Made by a program: the position numbers and the translations under genes. A DNA stretch of 64,000 bases from Squalus acanthias (taxonomy: Eukaryota). The notes beneath the pieces were generated by a model, which made no database searches, had not been told where the DNA came from, and saw only the letters and a list, made by a program, of their open reading frames with translations. The DNA lies in NCBI GenBank assembly GCA_030390025.1, contig CM059432.1, positions 107,324,001 through 107,388,000 on the forward strand, read 5' to 3'. Of the stretch, positions 1 to 13,200 are shown in pieces. How positions within the stretch are numbered: the stretch's first letter is position 1; every line of letters begins with the position of its first letter.

Positions 1-806
1 TGCAAGAGAGAGGGAAGTGTGTCAGTGAGTGTGGTGCAATGTGTTAGGCTGATGTGGCTGTCATGCTTGAATAGCTAGCAGTGTGTGCAAGTTGTGAGAT
101 GTACGTGTGAGGCTTGCAGCAGTGGTAAGTGTGTGAGGGTGAAATGGAGCATATGAATGTGAGGTATTAGTCGTGATTGATTGAGATTGTTGGTAGGTGG
201 CCAATGGGGGTGTGGTGAATTGAGCAGTGTGTGGTGCAATTTCTGGGATATGGCATTTGAAGATGCATTCACTCATCCTGACCAGTCGTATGAGGTCCGG
301 CACTGCCTCCAGGTCCTCAGTGCAACACTGTTGGCATTGACCTCCATGGCTATCTGCTCCCACTGCCTTTGCAGTGTCTGTCTGGAGGGTCTCCTGGCCC
401 CCTGTGGAAACAGGACCTCTCTCCTCCTCTCCATCTCTTGTACTAAGGCCTCCAGAGCTGCATCTGGAACCTTGGAGCCCTCTCTCTGGCCTGTTGTGCC
501 ATTGCTGAATGTTTCCCAGTTGAAACTGCCTTCTGGAATGACTTCCAGCACCAGGTTTCATCAAACTGCACCTCACCTTTAAGAGGTGCAGGCTGGCTTT
601 AATTGGTGCTAGCCTTGCATGAACTTGGGTCCCTTGCTGAGTGCGCAGCCATTCAGCAGCGCGTTTAGTGCTGGGCTGCACACCACTATCATTTAAATTA
701 GCAGGCAGCACCACATTTGTATGCTGCCTGCATTACTTTGAATGGGCGCGGGTTAACCTTACATCACGATCCCCGAACTATTTTGGGGACTATCGAATTT
801 TAGCCC
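1..806 (-). mobile_element. PIF/Harbinger-type element remnant with decayed Myb/SANT-like ORF, truncated by the window start
   Basis: ORF 273..551 (ALEALVQEMERRREVLF..QWEQIAMEVNANSVALRTWRQC) is Myb/SANT-like; TIR-like end cgaattttagccc at ~794-806. Confidence 0.75.
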
Positions 807-1184
807 AATATATTTATAACATAACTTTACTCTCTTGTATTTCCTGAAAATTGAGATCCTTGTAAATCATACGTTCTTTGTCTTTCTAAAGCATTGTGTC
901 GGACTATTGACCATTTAGCTGCTATAAGGTGCAGCAGTCAATGTCTGAATCCATTGGCCCAGCAGAAAAACAGGTTAGCAGCTGCACATTACATCACCAA
1001 TCGGTTTGACAGGAGACTCCATCATCACATCACTTAACAATTGAGGCTAAAAATTAAGGATCTTCCTGCAAGGATGGGGCTTTGATGCTTAAAATGATAT
1101 CTAAATGTTTCAACCATAAAGATAGAATTAAAGAAATTGAGATTAACGTCACATTAGAATTGCTAGACAAAAAAGACCAAGGTC

Positions 1185-1411
1185 CATAAGAACATAAGAA
1201 ATAGGAGCAGGAGTAGGCCATATGATCCCTCGAGTCTGCTCCGCCATTTAATAAGATCATGGTTGAGCTTCTACATCAACTTCACTTTCCCACCCTATCC
1301 CCATATCCCTTGATTCCCTTAGTGTCCAAGAATCTATCGATCTCAGTCTTGGATATACTCAACGACTGAGCATCCACAGCCCTCTGGGGTAGAGAATTCC
1401 AAAGATTCACA
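1185..1411 (-). mobile_element. CR1 LINE 3' end fragment
   Basis: cataagaa tail repeats followed by a CR1 3' UTR similar to 16200-16330. Confidence 0.8.
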
Positions 1412-4231
1412 TTCTACCATCCTGGTTCATGATACGATAATGGGGTTGTTGACTAATCATAGCAATCAATCTCAATCAATTAGTCTACAACGCACCCAGA
1501 CATGATGTGAGGAAAATCCCCAGTGGTGGAGAGCTTTGGGAACCATAGGTTCAAAGTCACCTGTTCCTCCCAAGCATGTCATGTCTCAAATTACTCATAT
1601 ATTGTATCCCAAAACGTTATTTTTTGAAAGAAATCTATCCACAGCTTTAATAAATAATATCGAGACCGATTATTGAAAAGTTTATAAAGTTCTCACTACT
1701 GACACTTCTGTCCTTGAACCCCCTCGTCCACTCTAGAACAGCTGAGCTGTTGCCTCACAGCTCCATGTAAAGAGGACTCCTTCCAGCCTGCATTAAAGAC
1801 TTAGATAATGCTCGGACAATTCTCCCATGAATGATACATCAGTCATCCATTGTTGTTGTCCATGATTGTCCGTCCATTGATTTCAATAATGGCTTGTGGG
1901 CAGGAGAGTGGCAGGTCAGGCTTAGGAGTGGTCCCAAAGCAAGGAGGGAGCTGGCAGGAGGTAGATGGGACTCAACAGTGAGCCTGAGGCAAAGTGGACA
2001 TGGACAGGTTGTCCTAAGGCATGGAGAGAACAGGCTTGAAGCAGGAAGACAGCCAGAAGGTGAAGAAAAACCTTTTTTTCTCTTATGTTTTGTTGGCTGT
2101 CGCGACAGAAAAAAAAGTTGGCAAGGGAACTGTCATAGTAACCGTATCGTGGAGAAAATGTTTTTTTGTAAGGCCTGATTGGTCAACGCTTAACCAAGGG
2201 ACTATACAGATAAAAACATTATACACATACAGAAGTTAAATTAAGAGAGTGAGAAATTGATATGTACGTATTGGGACTATAACTCTACAATAAACATTGG
2301 TGATTCTGCTCAGGGCCATTGTAACCTGCTTTGTTAAAACCTCCTGGGAATCACACGATGCAGCTGTTCTGTGTTGTTCAATCAGCTCTGAATGTTACCA
2401 TGGTGCAGCATCCAACTGGATCAAATGACCCTCCTCACAGCACCAGTGCGTCATATACACTGTGTGCGATTTCAGATAATTTTATTGAAGATAACAGATG
2501 CTGTGAGGGGTGAGAGAGCAAGGGTTGAAAGACATAATTCTACTCCAGAAATTCTCTTTTGTGGTTCAGGATCATGAGTGGAAGCCAGAGAGTGAACTAA
2601 AGCTGTATACATTCAGCATCCTTCCACATTATGTAAACAAACTATTGCAGCAACATTATCCTTTGATTCACCCACCAGCATAAAGTAGGCTTTGTGACAA
2701 TCTATTAAAAAAGTTCAGGGGGAGACATAAGAGACTCTTGCTACGGTGAGTTGGTGGTGCAGCACCGTACCATGAAGGCTCGCCCTTAACCTTCATGTTT
2801 CCTGTGCTCTGACCAAATTATTATTCTCTGTGAATAAGGTTTGAATGACCGCCAGTTTTGACAATGCTAAACGAAGTCTGGCATCCAGTGTCGTGTAATT
2901 CAGGGAAATGAGTTGTATGATATATCTTCCTCACTTACAAATTGTTGGCAAGCATATTATGTCCTCACCCATCAGATGTGCTGGGACTTTTGTTCCTTTA
3001 CCCCTCCACTGGCAGTCCACTGTGAAATCGCAATTCCACCCCCTGCCCACGGAATTTTGGGGCCGTGATTTTGTGTCCAACATTCAACATGCATAACATT
3101 CTACAATTTACACTCTTCCAATATATCTGTCTAAGGAGACAGAATCAGCACTAACGGATAAGTATAGTTAGCTCCACGTTCATTTTCAAAGCTGGATAAA
3201 AGTAGCCCTTGTATCTATTTCATATAAAATCAGATCAAACTTTCTGTTTTTGAGAGGCACATTTGTGGTTAGGAGCAGTGTCCAGGGGGCATAGTCAACG
3301 CAACCAGGAGCAAAGTACAGAGAAGTCACATATTAAGTTCAATAAGGTTTAATACAGCAATTTAACTCATGGGGTTATCATGTTACATTCACTATAACAC
3401 AAATCAATTCCCCTCCTTCTGCTTCACCAAAGGTGCAATTGTGAGTCAATTATATCATTCTTTTTTCTTAATATAGGTCAATGTGACCAAGTTTAAATTG
3501 CTTGCTTCATTTACTTAAGGTAGAATTTCCTCTGTGTACTATTTTAACAAAGTCATTAACAAGTTTTAAGTTAATGACCAACTGGTGACAAACGTACTCT
3601 GTGAAGGTAGGGGAGAGAGCAAGATAAGTGGAGTCAAAGTGGCTCCAAGATGGATCAGTTGATGATGGAAGATTGGTGTTTGACATACTCAGCAATTTGA
3701 TATCTGAGCCAGGGAAGCCCGCAGTCCATCATGGTAGTGTTGGTGATTGACCAGCCTACCAAACTCTTTATTGGGAACTAGAGGGGTTGACTTCTTACTG
3801 GGGACTGGGATGCCAGTGTTCAAACGGGTAGAGTATAACTGACTGGGCAAGCAGTGGGAAGTATACCAACGTTTTGTGCGAGTAAACCAAAACTTTGTTG
3901 ACTTTTGAAGATATTCTTACTAAGGGTATTAGATCCATTATGGACTTCGTTGTTGGATATATGTTTATATTTATTGTAGATTTTGGGATTTGATTTTGTT
4001 TTTACTTTATTTTATTAACTGTATGGCATACTCACCATTTCTAAAATGGGTGTGGTATTGCAGTGTCAGACTATGCTAAATTCAGTAGTTAGTGACTACT
4101 GTTAATCTCTCGGATAAGCAATTCTTAGTGCATAGTTAGAATAATTCTAGCCAAAGCTAAAGTTTACACTGAAAACTCAAATAGGTGTAAAAAGCCAAAA
4201 TACATATTTAGCTTAAGGAGTAAATACTCAC

Positions 4232-4291
4232 GGGCAGCCGGGAAAGTAGTTTAGTCACGGTTAGACGTCCTTCGGTATCATTCATCAGTAA
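4232..4291 (-). CDS. COL15A1: Non-collagenous exon (60 nt): [20 protein letters not shown] (contains an N-D-T sequon)
   Basis: Acceptor ttctag, donor gtgagt, 98-nt intron after the preceding exon; LLxNDT resembles the COL15A1 interruption. Confidence 0.8.
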
Positions 4292-7200
4292 CTAGAATAT
4301 TGAATCACAATGGAAGGGATGAATGGGAAACAAAGTCATTTAAAAGTAGCAAACCATCCTCAGGATGTGCAGGATGTTGCACCACTCACCTCGTGTAGTG
4401 ACACGGTAGGTCCTGGAGGGCCTGGAAGTCCTTGTTTACCAACAGCATCTTGACCACGTTCACCCTGTGCCATTAAATAAAGAAGTCCTGTGTTGTGAAA
4501 TAATGCATTATATAACCGTTGATCAGCAATTCATTTTCAAAGGCCTTAGCACCTCATGCAAAAGTGTGGGTTATTTTTAGTGTTCATGTGGAATAAAGTT
4601 GATGAAATTTCCTTGTTACATTTGGTTAAAACCCAACAGATACTTCCCTGACCTACACTGCAATTTACATCTCTTCCCTCATTGAGTTGTCTCCTTACAG
4701 CGCAGTATTCCCCGGTTTAAAGGAGCAGCTCTACTAGCTGCTAGTAAAGGCAGCACAGAGACTCTCGCCCTCCAATAATCCTGATGCCCATGTATGGAAT
4801 CATGTCTGTGCCTTAATGCTTCTTCCTAATGGCAGGACAAAGTAGGAATGGGTAGATTTTGGTCTGCGCCTTGTTTTCAGGCCCAGACTCGAGACCAACG
4901 CGCACCCCAACCAAGAGTCCCGAAGATCGATGGAAATCGGTCCTCGGACCTCAACAGGATACGTGGTGCAAAGTGCCGGCATTGGTCACTCCTCCACAGG
5001 CAGCTCTTCCGAGTGAAGACTTCAATTTTGGGCCGCCTGCTCAGGTAAGTCCCAGGAAGGGGGATGGGGTTTGGACCTGGCTAGAGGGTGGTGACGGCGG
5101 GGTGAGGGCTGATCATGACTCCTGTGGACTCAAGGCCCAGGTGGAAGCTCTGGATAATGAATGGGGAAGGCACATCATGTGCTCGTCACCCAACTTGAAA
5201 GGCCCTGGCTTATATTAGTTGGGGAACAATGGCTATCAGGATTAAGCTACAGAGATCGGTTAATGAACAGGCCACGTGGGATATTGAATTGGCGGCAGGT
5301 GTCCTTGGAAAGTTAGATTTTAATAGTTCAAATGGCCTCGTCTCAAGTATGACAACAGCCAGCAATATCTCTGTGCCATCAAACACATTTTGCAACGTAA
5401 GTAGAAAATCCAGTCAGATTGTTGAACTGTATTTATAATACTGGCAGCACAGGTTCTGGGTCAGCTGACAATCAGGTGCAAAGGCATGCCCTCTGCTGTA
5501 AGGACACCTATAGCTAACATGTACCAAAGGTCTGGCATTGCCAGTGGCAGTAGTGCTCAGTTGCTCCCTCACATTCTCTGCCTCCAACCACCTGCCAGGT
5601 CTGCTGCCGTACTGCCCGATGGGGAGAGTGCCATAAAGCGGCTAACAGGGCCAGCCAGCTCACGCAGTGCCACCTCCACTTCACCAGCATTCAGTCAGGT
5701 AGTTGGGAGTGTTCCCCTGACCCACCACTTGGCCATACGCGGTTCCCTGCCAACTCATTGGGCAGCCACTGGGTTTTGTCACACAAAACGATTAGCTTTG
5801 GTATTTCTCTCGCCCCTGAGCCAGAAGGTCATGGGTTCAGGTCCCACTCCTGAGGCTTGAACACATAATCCAGGCTCCCCCTGCTCCACAGGAACGTTTA
5901 AAAAAAAATGTTACTACTTACCTTTGGTTGGTGGCTGCCAGGCCTGCTAAGATTTCCGAAGCTGGGCAGACCCGATTTCTGCCCCGCTCATCGGTGAAAA
6001 ATTTCAACAGGAATTAGGCCCCTAATTGTCATATTTAAAGGGCCTAATGGCTAAAAAAGGAACCACAAATTTAGAAGTAGCAACAACGCCTGTGCAGATT
6101 GGATGCAGGCCGTCCCACAGCTAAATTAGTGTGCTTTGAACCCATTTTATGCCCGAAAAACTTGCGCATGCATTCCAATTTCTACCCCATTGTGTTAGAA
6201 TGTGCATCTAAGATACACTCTTGTGTGTCAATGCACTGTGCCATCCCGTGCTTATTGAGGAAGGAACTTTGTTAGAGGTGGTTGGAGGTGGGGGAGGGGG
6301 GGGACATCCTGAGATCATGAATGGCGTTATATATATGCAAGTCCTTCCTTCTCCTTCTTAATAATTGGCCCATAACTTTGACATAAATAACGAAGTCTTA
6401 CCTTAAGTCCTTGTTCACCTTTCTCACCTTTTGGTCCCTGTGGAAGGGAGATCACGGATTATGACAGATTATCACAGCCCCAAACTCAAAGCTGAAAGTG
6501 GGGAGGGGTTCTAGTTGTATACTGCTCGCAGCACACCAGTAGGAGAGACCGCAGGCCTGAGAATCCAGACGGGTGTAAGTGGACCCCACAAGTTGGATAG
6601 GGTGAAAAGGGGTTCAGGACAAGCAGGTAGTCTGAAACCCCGACGAATAGTATTTAAAAAAATATATCTGGGGGTTTAGGGCGACATGGCTTTGATCTGA
6701 GGAGGGCATGGGCAACCAGTTCCCCAATGATTTCTCAGCTACATGGGGCAGGAGATGCAGCCGCACTGGTATTTGCACTTACCTGCCCCATGCCAAGTAG
6801 ATGGCTTCCCACTTATCCCACAAACTCTGGCAGGGTCAGTGCTGGTGGGCATGATCCCGACGTTACTGCCGGGAACGTGTCCCGTTGATTTTTAACGTGT
6901 AGGAGTCCATGTTTTCAGGCCCATCAGGGATGTCGGTATTTCCTCTGACTGGGCTATTTTGTCGAACATCTTAATTCTGCCAGGTTAGCGGGAGGACTAC
7001 CTGGTGCCACATGACCAGGATCAATCACCAAACAGCATAGGAACAATATGAAACCGGTAAAAAAAAATGGATGTGTTAATTGACATTCCTAGTGACGCCC
7101 CCTGCATGGCTGGAGTCTAGAATTCGGGCAGAAGGTATTGCTGAGGCAGAAGAATCATATATCGACAATTTTAATCTTTGGTTACTAGTGGCCACAGTAA

Positions 7201-10200
7201 AGGAAGGCTAGCAGATAGTCTCTCACTTTGTATTCCTTGCCCCAAATCTCCTGGATTCACAGAGATCAGAATACAGTAAAAGAGTGACACTAATGGCTAC
7301 TCTCAAAGTGAAATAATCTACTTTTTTTAAAATTCGTTTATGGGATGTGGCGTCACTGGCAAGGCCAGCATTTATTGCCCATCCCTAATTGCCCTTGAGA
7401 AGGTGGTGGTGAGCTGCCTTCTTCAACCACTGCAGTCCGTGTGGTGAAGGTACTCCCACAGTGCTGTTAGGGAGGGAGTTCCAGGATTTTGACCCAGCGA
7501 CTATGGAGGAACGGTGATATACTTCCAAGTCAGGATGGTGGTGACTTGGAGGGGAACTTGGAGTGGTGTTCCCATGCACCTGCTGCCCTTGTCCTTCTAG
7601 GTGGAAAAGGTCGCGGGTTTGGGAGGTGCTGCTGAAGAAGCCTTGGTGAGTTGCTGCAGTGCATCTTGTAGATGGTACATACTGCAACCACGGTACGCTG
7701 GTGGTGGAGGGAGTGAATGTTTAAGGTGGTGGATGGGGTGTCAATCAAGCGGGCTGCTTTAACCTGGATGGTGTCGAGCTTCTTGAGTGTTGTTGGAGCT
7801 ACACTCATCCAGGCAAGTGGAGAGTATTCCATCACACTCCTTACTTGTGCCTTGTAGATGGTGGAAAGGCTTTGGGGAGTCAGGAGGTGAGACATTCGCC
7901 GCAGAATACCTAGCCTCTGACCTGCTCTTGTTGCCACAGTATTTATGTGGTTGGTCCAGTTAAGTTTCTGGTCAATGGTGACCCCCCCAGGATGTTGATG
8001 GTGGGGGGAATTCGGCAATGGTAATGTCGTTGAATGTCAAGGGGCGGTGGTTAGACTCTCGCTTGTTGGAGATAATCATTGCCTGGCACTTCTGTGGCGC
8101 GAATGTTACCTGTCACTTATCAGCCCAAGCCTGAACGCTGTCCAGGTCTTGTTGCATGCGGGCATGGACTGCTACATTATCTGAGGAGTTGTGAATGGCA
8201 CTGAACACTGTGCAGTCATCAGTGAACATCCCCATTTCTGACCTTCAGTTCCATTGATGGCCAATTGGCTTTTGCCATTACAATAGTGCCATTCCTGGAG
8301 CTCGTTACAGCTGTGAAGTTCCATACGTTAGCCACTAGCCACATCCAAATGGGCTAGTGGGAATACAGATGTGGATAATTGGGAATCCAGATGTGGACAA
8401 CTGCATTTCTGATTAGTAAATAAAAAATGAGAAATAGACACAGTCATTGGGCATGTGATCTCAATACTCATTCACACAGCATATGCATGTGAACTTTAAC
8501 CTTTTTATCCATTTGTTGGTAAAATGGTGAGGCAAAAAGCAGAGTGTGCGAGTGTTTTTTGTTCATTGTGAGTGCTTTACTTTCTTGGTTACTGAATGGT
8601 GGTAGATGTTTATTAAGTAAATATATACACGTGAAATTGATTTGCCCTATGTAGAGTGTTTTCTACTAAAATGAGTCAGTGTGGCTAAAATGGAGTCACC
8701 GTAGCCAACTTGTGGCTGGTTAGCAATTTCTACAGGACAACACAGCTCTATAGCATACACAGTAGCCCTGAATTTCTATAGGGCAGATCAATTAATGAAC
8801 AGGCCACGTGGGATATGGTAGTGGCAGCATGTGTCCTTGGAAGGTTAGATTTTAATAGTTTAAATGGCGTAGTTCCAAGTATGGCAACAATCAGCAATAT
8901 CTCTGATCCATCAAAAACATTTTGCAATGCAAGTAGAAAATCGAGTCAGATTGTTGAACTGTATTGGTCAATGAACAATAATCTGTTTGCTTTAAACATC
9001 TATATCACAGAAAAAGTTATTTCCAAATGATTTGTTTTGTAAGTCGATTGCACTGTTATGCACCAATTCTTTCCATTGGTTCCCCAATTCATGCAACTTT
9101 AAATTAACGTGCTAGACACCATAAGGTGGACCTTCTGATTGGTTACACCTGATAAATGGGCGTGACTGCTTGTGAAAATTGGCAGAGATATGTTGTGCCA
9201 GATATTCCTGGCCATTTAGCATCTCATCTAATTTTCCAGTTGGGTTTTGTACCCACATCAGTTTGCAGTTGATTATATTACAATTAGCCTCCAGTGACGT
9301 TATTTAGGTGTCCACATAATTTCCTGGTGTCTATACCAGTGTAGCACTCAATATTCTACTAACGCTTATAAAATGCATTCGTTGAAAGAGCCATCCAATT
9401 AGTCCCACTCCTTGCACTTTTCCCACTAGGGACCACTAGGGTACCCTGCTTACAGATCCCTAAAACATAGCATCATACAGCACAGCAGGAGGCCATTCGT
9501 TGAAAGAGCTATCCAATTAGTCCCACTTCTTGCACTTTTCCCATAGCCCTGAAAGATTTTCCTTTTCAAGTATTTATCCAATTCTCTTTTGAAAATTATT
9601 ATTGAATCTGCCTCCACCACCCTTTCAAGTAGTGTATTCCACATCATAACAATTTGCTGTGTAAAAACATTTCTCCTCATCTCCCCTCTGATTCTTTTGC
9701 CAATCATCTTAGATCTGTTACCGACCATCCTGCCAGTGGAAACAGTTTCTCCTATCTACTCTATCAAACCCTCAATACACTTTAGTAATATTTGCAGCAG
9801 CATTTTGAGGCTTTTTCTAAACCTTGCTTTCATAGGACCATTGGAACAGGAGGAGGCCATTCAGCCCCTCGAGCCTGTTCCGCCATTCAATGAGATCATG
9901 GCTGATCTGTGACCTAACTCCATATACCCGCCTTTGGCCCATATCCCTTAATACCTTTGGTTAACAAAAATCTATCAATCTCCGATTTAAAATGAACAAT
10001 TGATCTAGCATCAATTGCCATTTGCAGAGGAGAGTTCCAAACTTCTACCACCCTTTGTGTGTAGAAGTGTTTTCTAATTTCACTCCTGAAAGGTCTGGCC
10101 CTAATTTTTAGACTATGCCCCCTAGTCCTAGAATCCCCAACCAGCGGAAATAGCTTCTCTCTATCTACCCTATCTGTTCCCCTTAATATCTTGAAAACTT

Positions 10201-13200
10201 CGATCAGATCACCCCTTAATCTTCTAAATTCTAGAGAATACAACCCTAATTTGTGTAATCTATCCTCATAACCCAACCCTTGCAGTCCGGGTATCATTCT
10301 GGTAAACCTACGCTGCACTCCCTCCAAGGCCAATATATCCTTCCTAAGGTGTGGTGCCCAGAACTGCTCACAGTACTCCAGGTGTGGTCTAACCAGGGTT
10401 TTGTATAGCTGCAGCATAACGCCCCTCCGGAACCTTCTTCCCCTTCACTTTCCTCTGACCCCCCTTCTCTCTTAATGTCTCTTCATCTCCCCCTTTGTTC
10501 TTTTATCCCCTCCCCCTTTTCCCAGCTTTACTCTGGCCTTAAATCTATTTGATTTCCGGCTCTTCACAGTTCTGACGAAAGGTCATCGACCTGAAACGTT
10601 AACTCTCTTTCTCTCTCCACGGATGCTGCCTGGCCTGCTGAGTTTTTCCAGCGTTTTCTGTTGTTATTTCAGATTTCCAGCATCCGCAGTATTTTGCTAT
10701 CATAACTTCTACCCCCTTGTATTCTAGTCCTCTAGATATAAAGACCAGCATTCCATTAGCTTTTTTGATTATTTTCTGTACCCTTTCATGACATTTTAAT
10801 GATCTATGTACCTGGACCCCCAAGTCTCTTTGGACCTCCACTGTTTTTAGCTTTTCACCATTGAGAAAGTACCCTGTTCTATCATTTTTAGGTCCAAAGT
10901 GGTTGACCTCGCATTTGCTTACATTGAAATCCATTTGCCAAAGTTTTGCCCATTCACTTAATCTATCAACATCCCTTTGTAATTTTATGCTTTCATCTAC
11001 ACTGCCTACAATGCCGCCTATCTTTGTGTCATCCTCAAATTTGGATATATGACTTTCTGTGCCATCATCTAAGTCGTTAATAAATACAGTGAATAGTTGA
11101 AGCCCCAACACAGATCTCTGCGGGGACACCACTAGCCACATCCTGCCAATTAGAGTACCTGCCCATTATCCCTACTCTCTGTCTCCTGCCGCTCAGCCAA
11201 TTTCCTAACCAGGTCAATAATTTGCCCTCAATTCCATGGGTTTCAACTTTAGCTAACAGTCTCTTATGAGGGACTTTATCAAATGCCTTCTGGAAGCCCA
11301 CATAAATAGCATCTATAGACATTCCCCTTTCATTCTGTTTCTTTTCCTGTTTCCACTTACTTGGTCGGGAGGCTTTGTGCCAAATATTCTGGGATGGCCA
11401 TTTTTTGTATTAATAGTATTGGGACAGTGGGCATCCGAATGGAAATCCTCCTTTTACTTATGTTGTTTTCAATTAATAAGAGGAACAATTGTGGGATGAC
11501 AGGCTATACCAGATGTAGTTGCACCCACCTGAGGGTACCCATAGTTAGAGGAACCCTCCCACCCTACTTCACCTCACCCTATCAGCATATCTTTCTATTC
11601 CTTTCTCCCTCATGTACTTATCTAGCTTCCCCTTAAATGAATCTATGCTATTCACCTCAACTACTTCATGTGTTAGCAAGTTGCACATTCTAACCAATCC
11701 CTGGGTAAAGAAGTTTCCCCTGAATTCATTCTCAGATTTATTAGTGACTATCTTATATTTATGACCCCTAGTTTAGGACTCCCCAACCAGTGGAAACATC
11801 TTCTCTACGTCTACCCTATTAAACCCCATCATAACTTTAAAAGACCTCTATTAGGTCACATCTCAAACATCTCTTTTCTAGAGAAAAGAGCTCCAGCCTG
11901 TTCAGTCTTTCCTGTTAGTTATAACCTCTTAGTTCCAGTATCATCCTTGTAAATCTTTTTGCACTTTTTTCAGTGCCTGTATATCCTTTTTGTAATATGG
12001 AGACCAGAACTGTACACAGTACTCTTAAGTGTGATCTAACCAAGGTTCTATATGAGTTTAACATAACTTCTCTGCTTTTCAATTCTATTCCTCTAGAAAT
12101 GAAACCCAGTGCCTCGTTTGCATTTTTTATCGGCTTGTTAATTAAATGACCAAATAATCTGTTTTAGTGCTGTTGGTTGAGGGATAAATATTGGCCAGGA
12201 CACTGGGAAGAACTCCCCATCTCTTCTTCGAATATTGCCATGGGATTTTTTATGTCCACCTGAGAGGGCAGCCAGGGCATCGGTTTAATGTCTCATCTGA
12301 AAGACGGCACTTCAGACGGTGCAGCGCTCACTCAGTACTGCACTGCAGTGTCAGTCTAGGTTGAGGGCTCAAGTCTCTGGAGTGGGACTTGAACCCATGA
12401 CTTAGAGGCGAGACTGAGCCAAGGCTGATACTATATTAAGGCTGGCATTAAATTACGAATGGATCGTAATAGGCGTTATTTTCTGACTTCACATTCCAGC
12501 TGGAAAGCCTTGGCCACTGAGAGCACATATTGGAAATCTGGGCGTGTGCCGTCCATGATTTTCCACCCAAATTTCCAGTAAATGCACTCGACTGAGAAAA
12601 TTTCCTTTAATAAAACCAAGTTCTATTGCTAAGCCGAACACTCGATCAAACTGTTTTTCTCAGGGCCTGTGAGAGACACACACACACAAACAGGATAACT
12701 AATTCAAGACTTCCTTAAAGAACTACCTGTTTTTGTTAGGTTGAAAACAATGCTGCTCTATGTAAACATTTATTCTGAGGGTTTTGTTTTGTTTTTTAAA
12801 CTAATTTAAACTAATATGGCAGGGGAATGGGAACCTATGTAGCGAAACAGGGGGAAGTAATATGCAGTCAGAAACAAATGTTAGAAGGGTGAGAAACAAT
12901 AGGGGAAGGCCGAGTAAACAAAGGCAAGAAACACAAAGGGCCATACTAAATCATAAGTCTAAAAGGACAAAGGATGTTAATAAAACAAGCCTAAAGGCTC
13001 TGTGTCTTAATGCAAGGAGTATCCGTAATAAGGTGGATGAATTGACTGTGCAAATAGATGTTAACAGATACGATGTGATTGGGATTACAGAGACGTGGCT
13101 CCAGAACAATCAAGGCTGGGAACTGAACATCCAGGGGTATTCAACATTCAGAAAGGATAGAATAAAAGGAAAAGGGGGTGGGGTAGCATTGCTGGTTAAA

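Larger units (their letters stand above)
9830..11330 (-). mobile_element. CR1 LINE, 5'-truncated RT region, interrupted by a Penelope-like insertion
   Basis: ORFs 9914..10417, 10599..11141 and 11077..11322 ([29 protein letters not shown]). Confidence 0.92.

Noticed and set aside
61..714. 217-aa ORF, and similar ORFs 22635..23180 and 4859..5218, as host genes
   Set aside because: Off-frame or antisense readings of decayed repeats, or no recognisable protein or splice context.
1697..1732. AG..GT-bounded 36-nt segment on the minus strand (SGRGGSRTEVSV) as the next collagen exon
   Set aside because: No Gly-X-Y register and a weak pyrimidine tract; the next real exon is probably beyond the window start.
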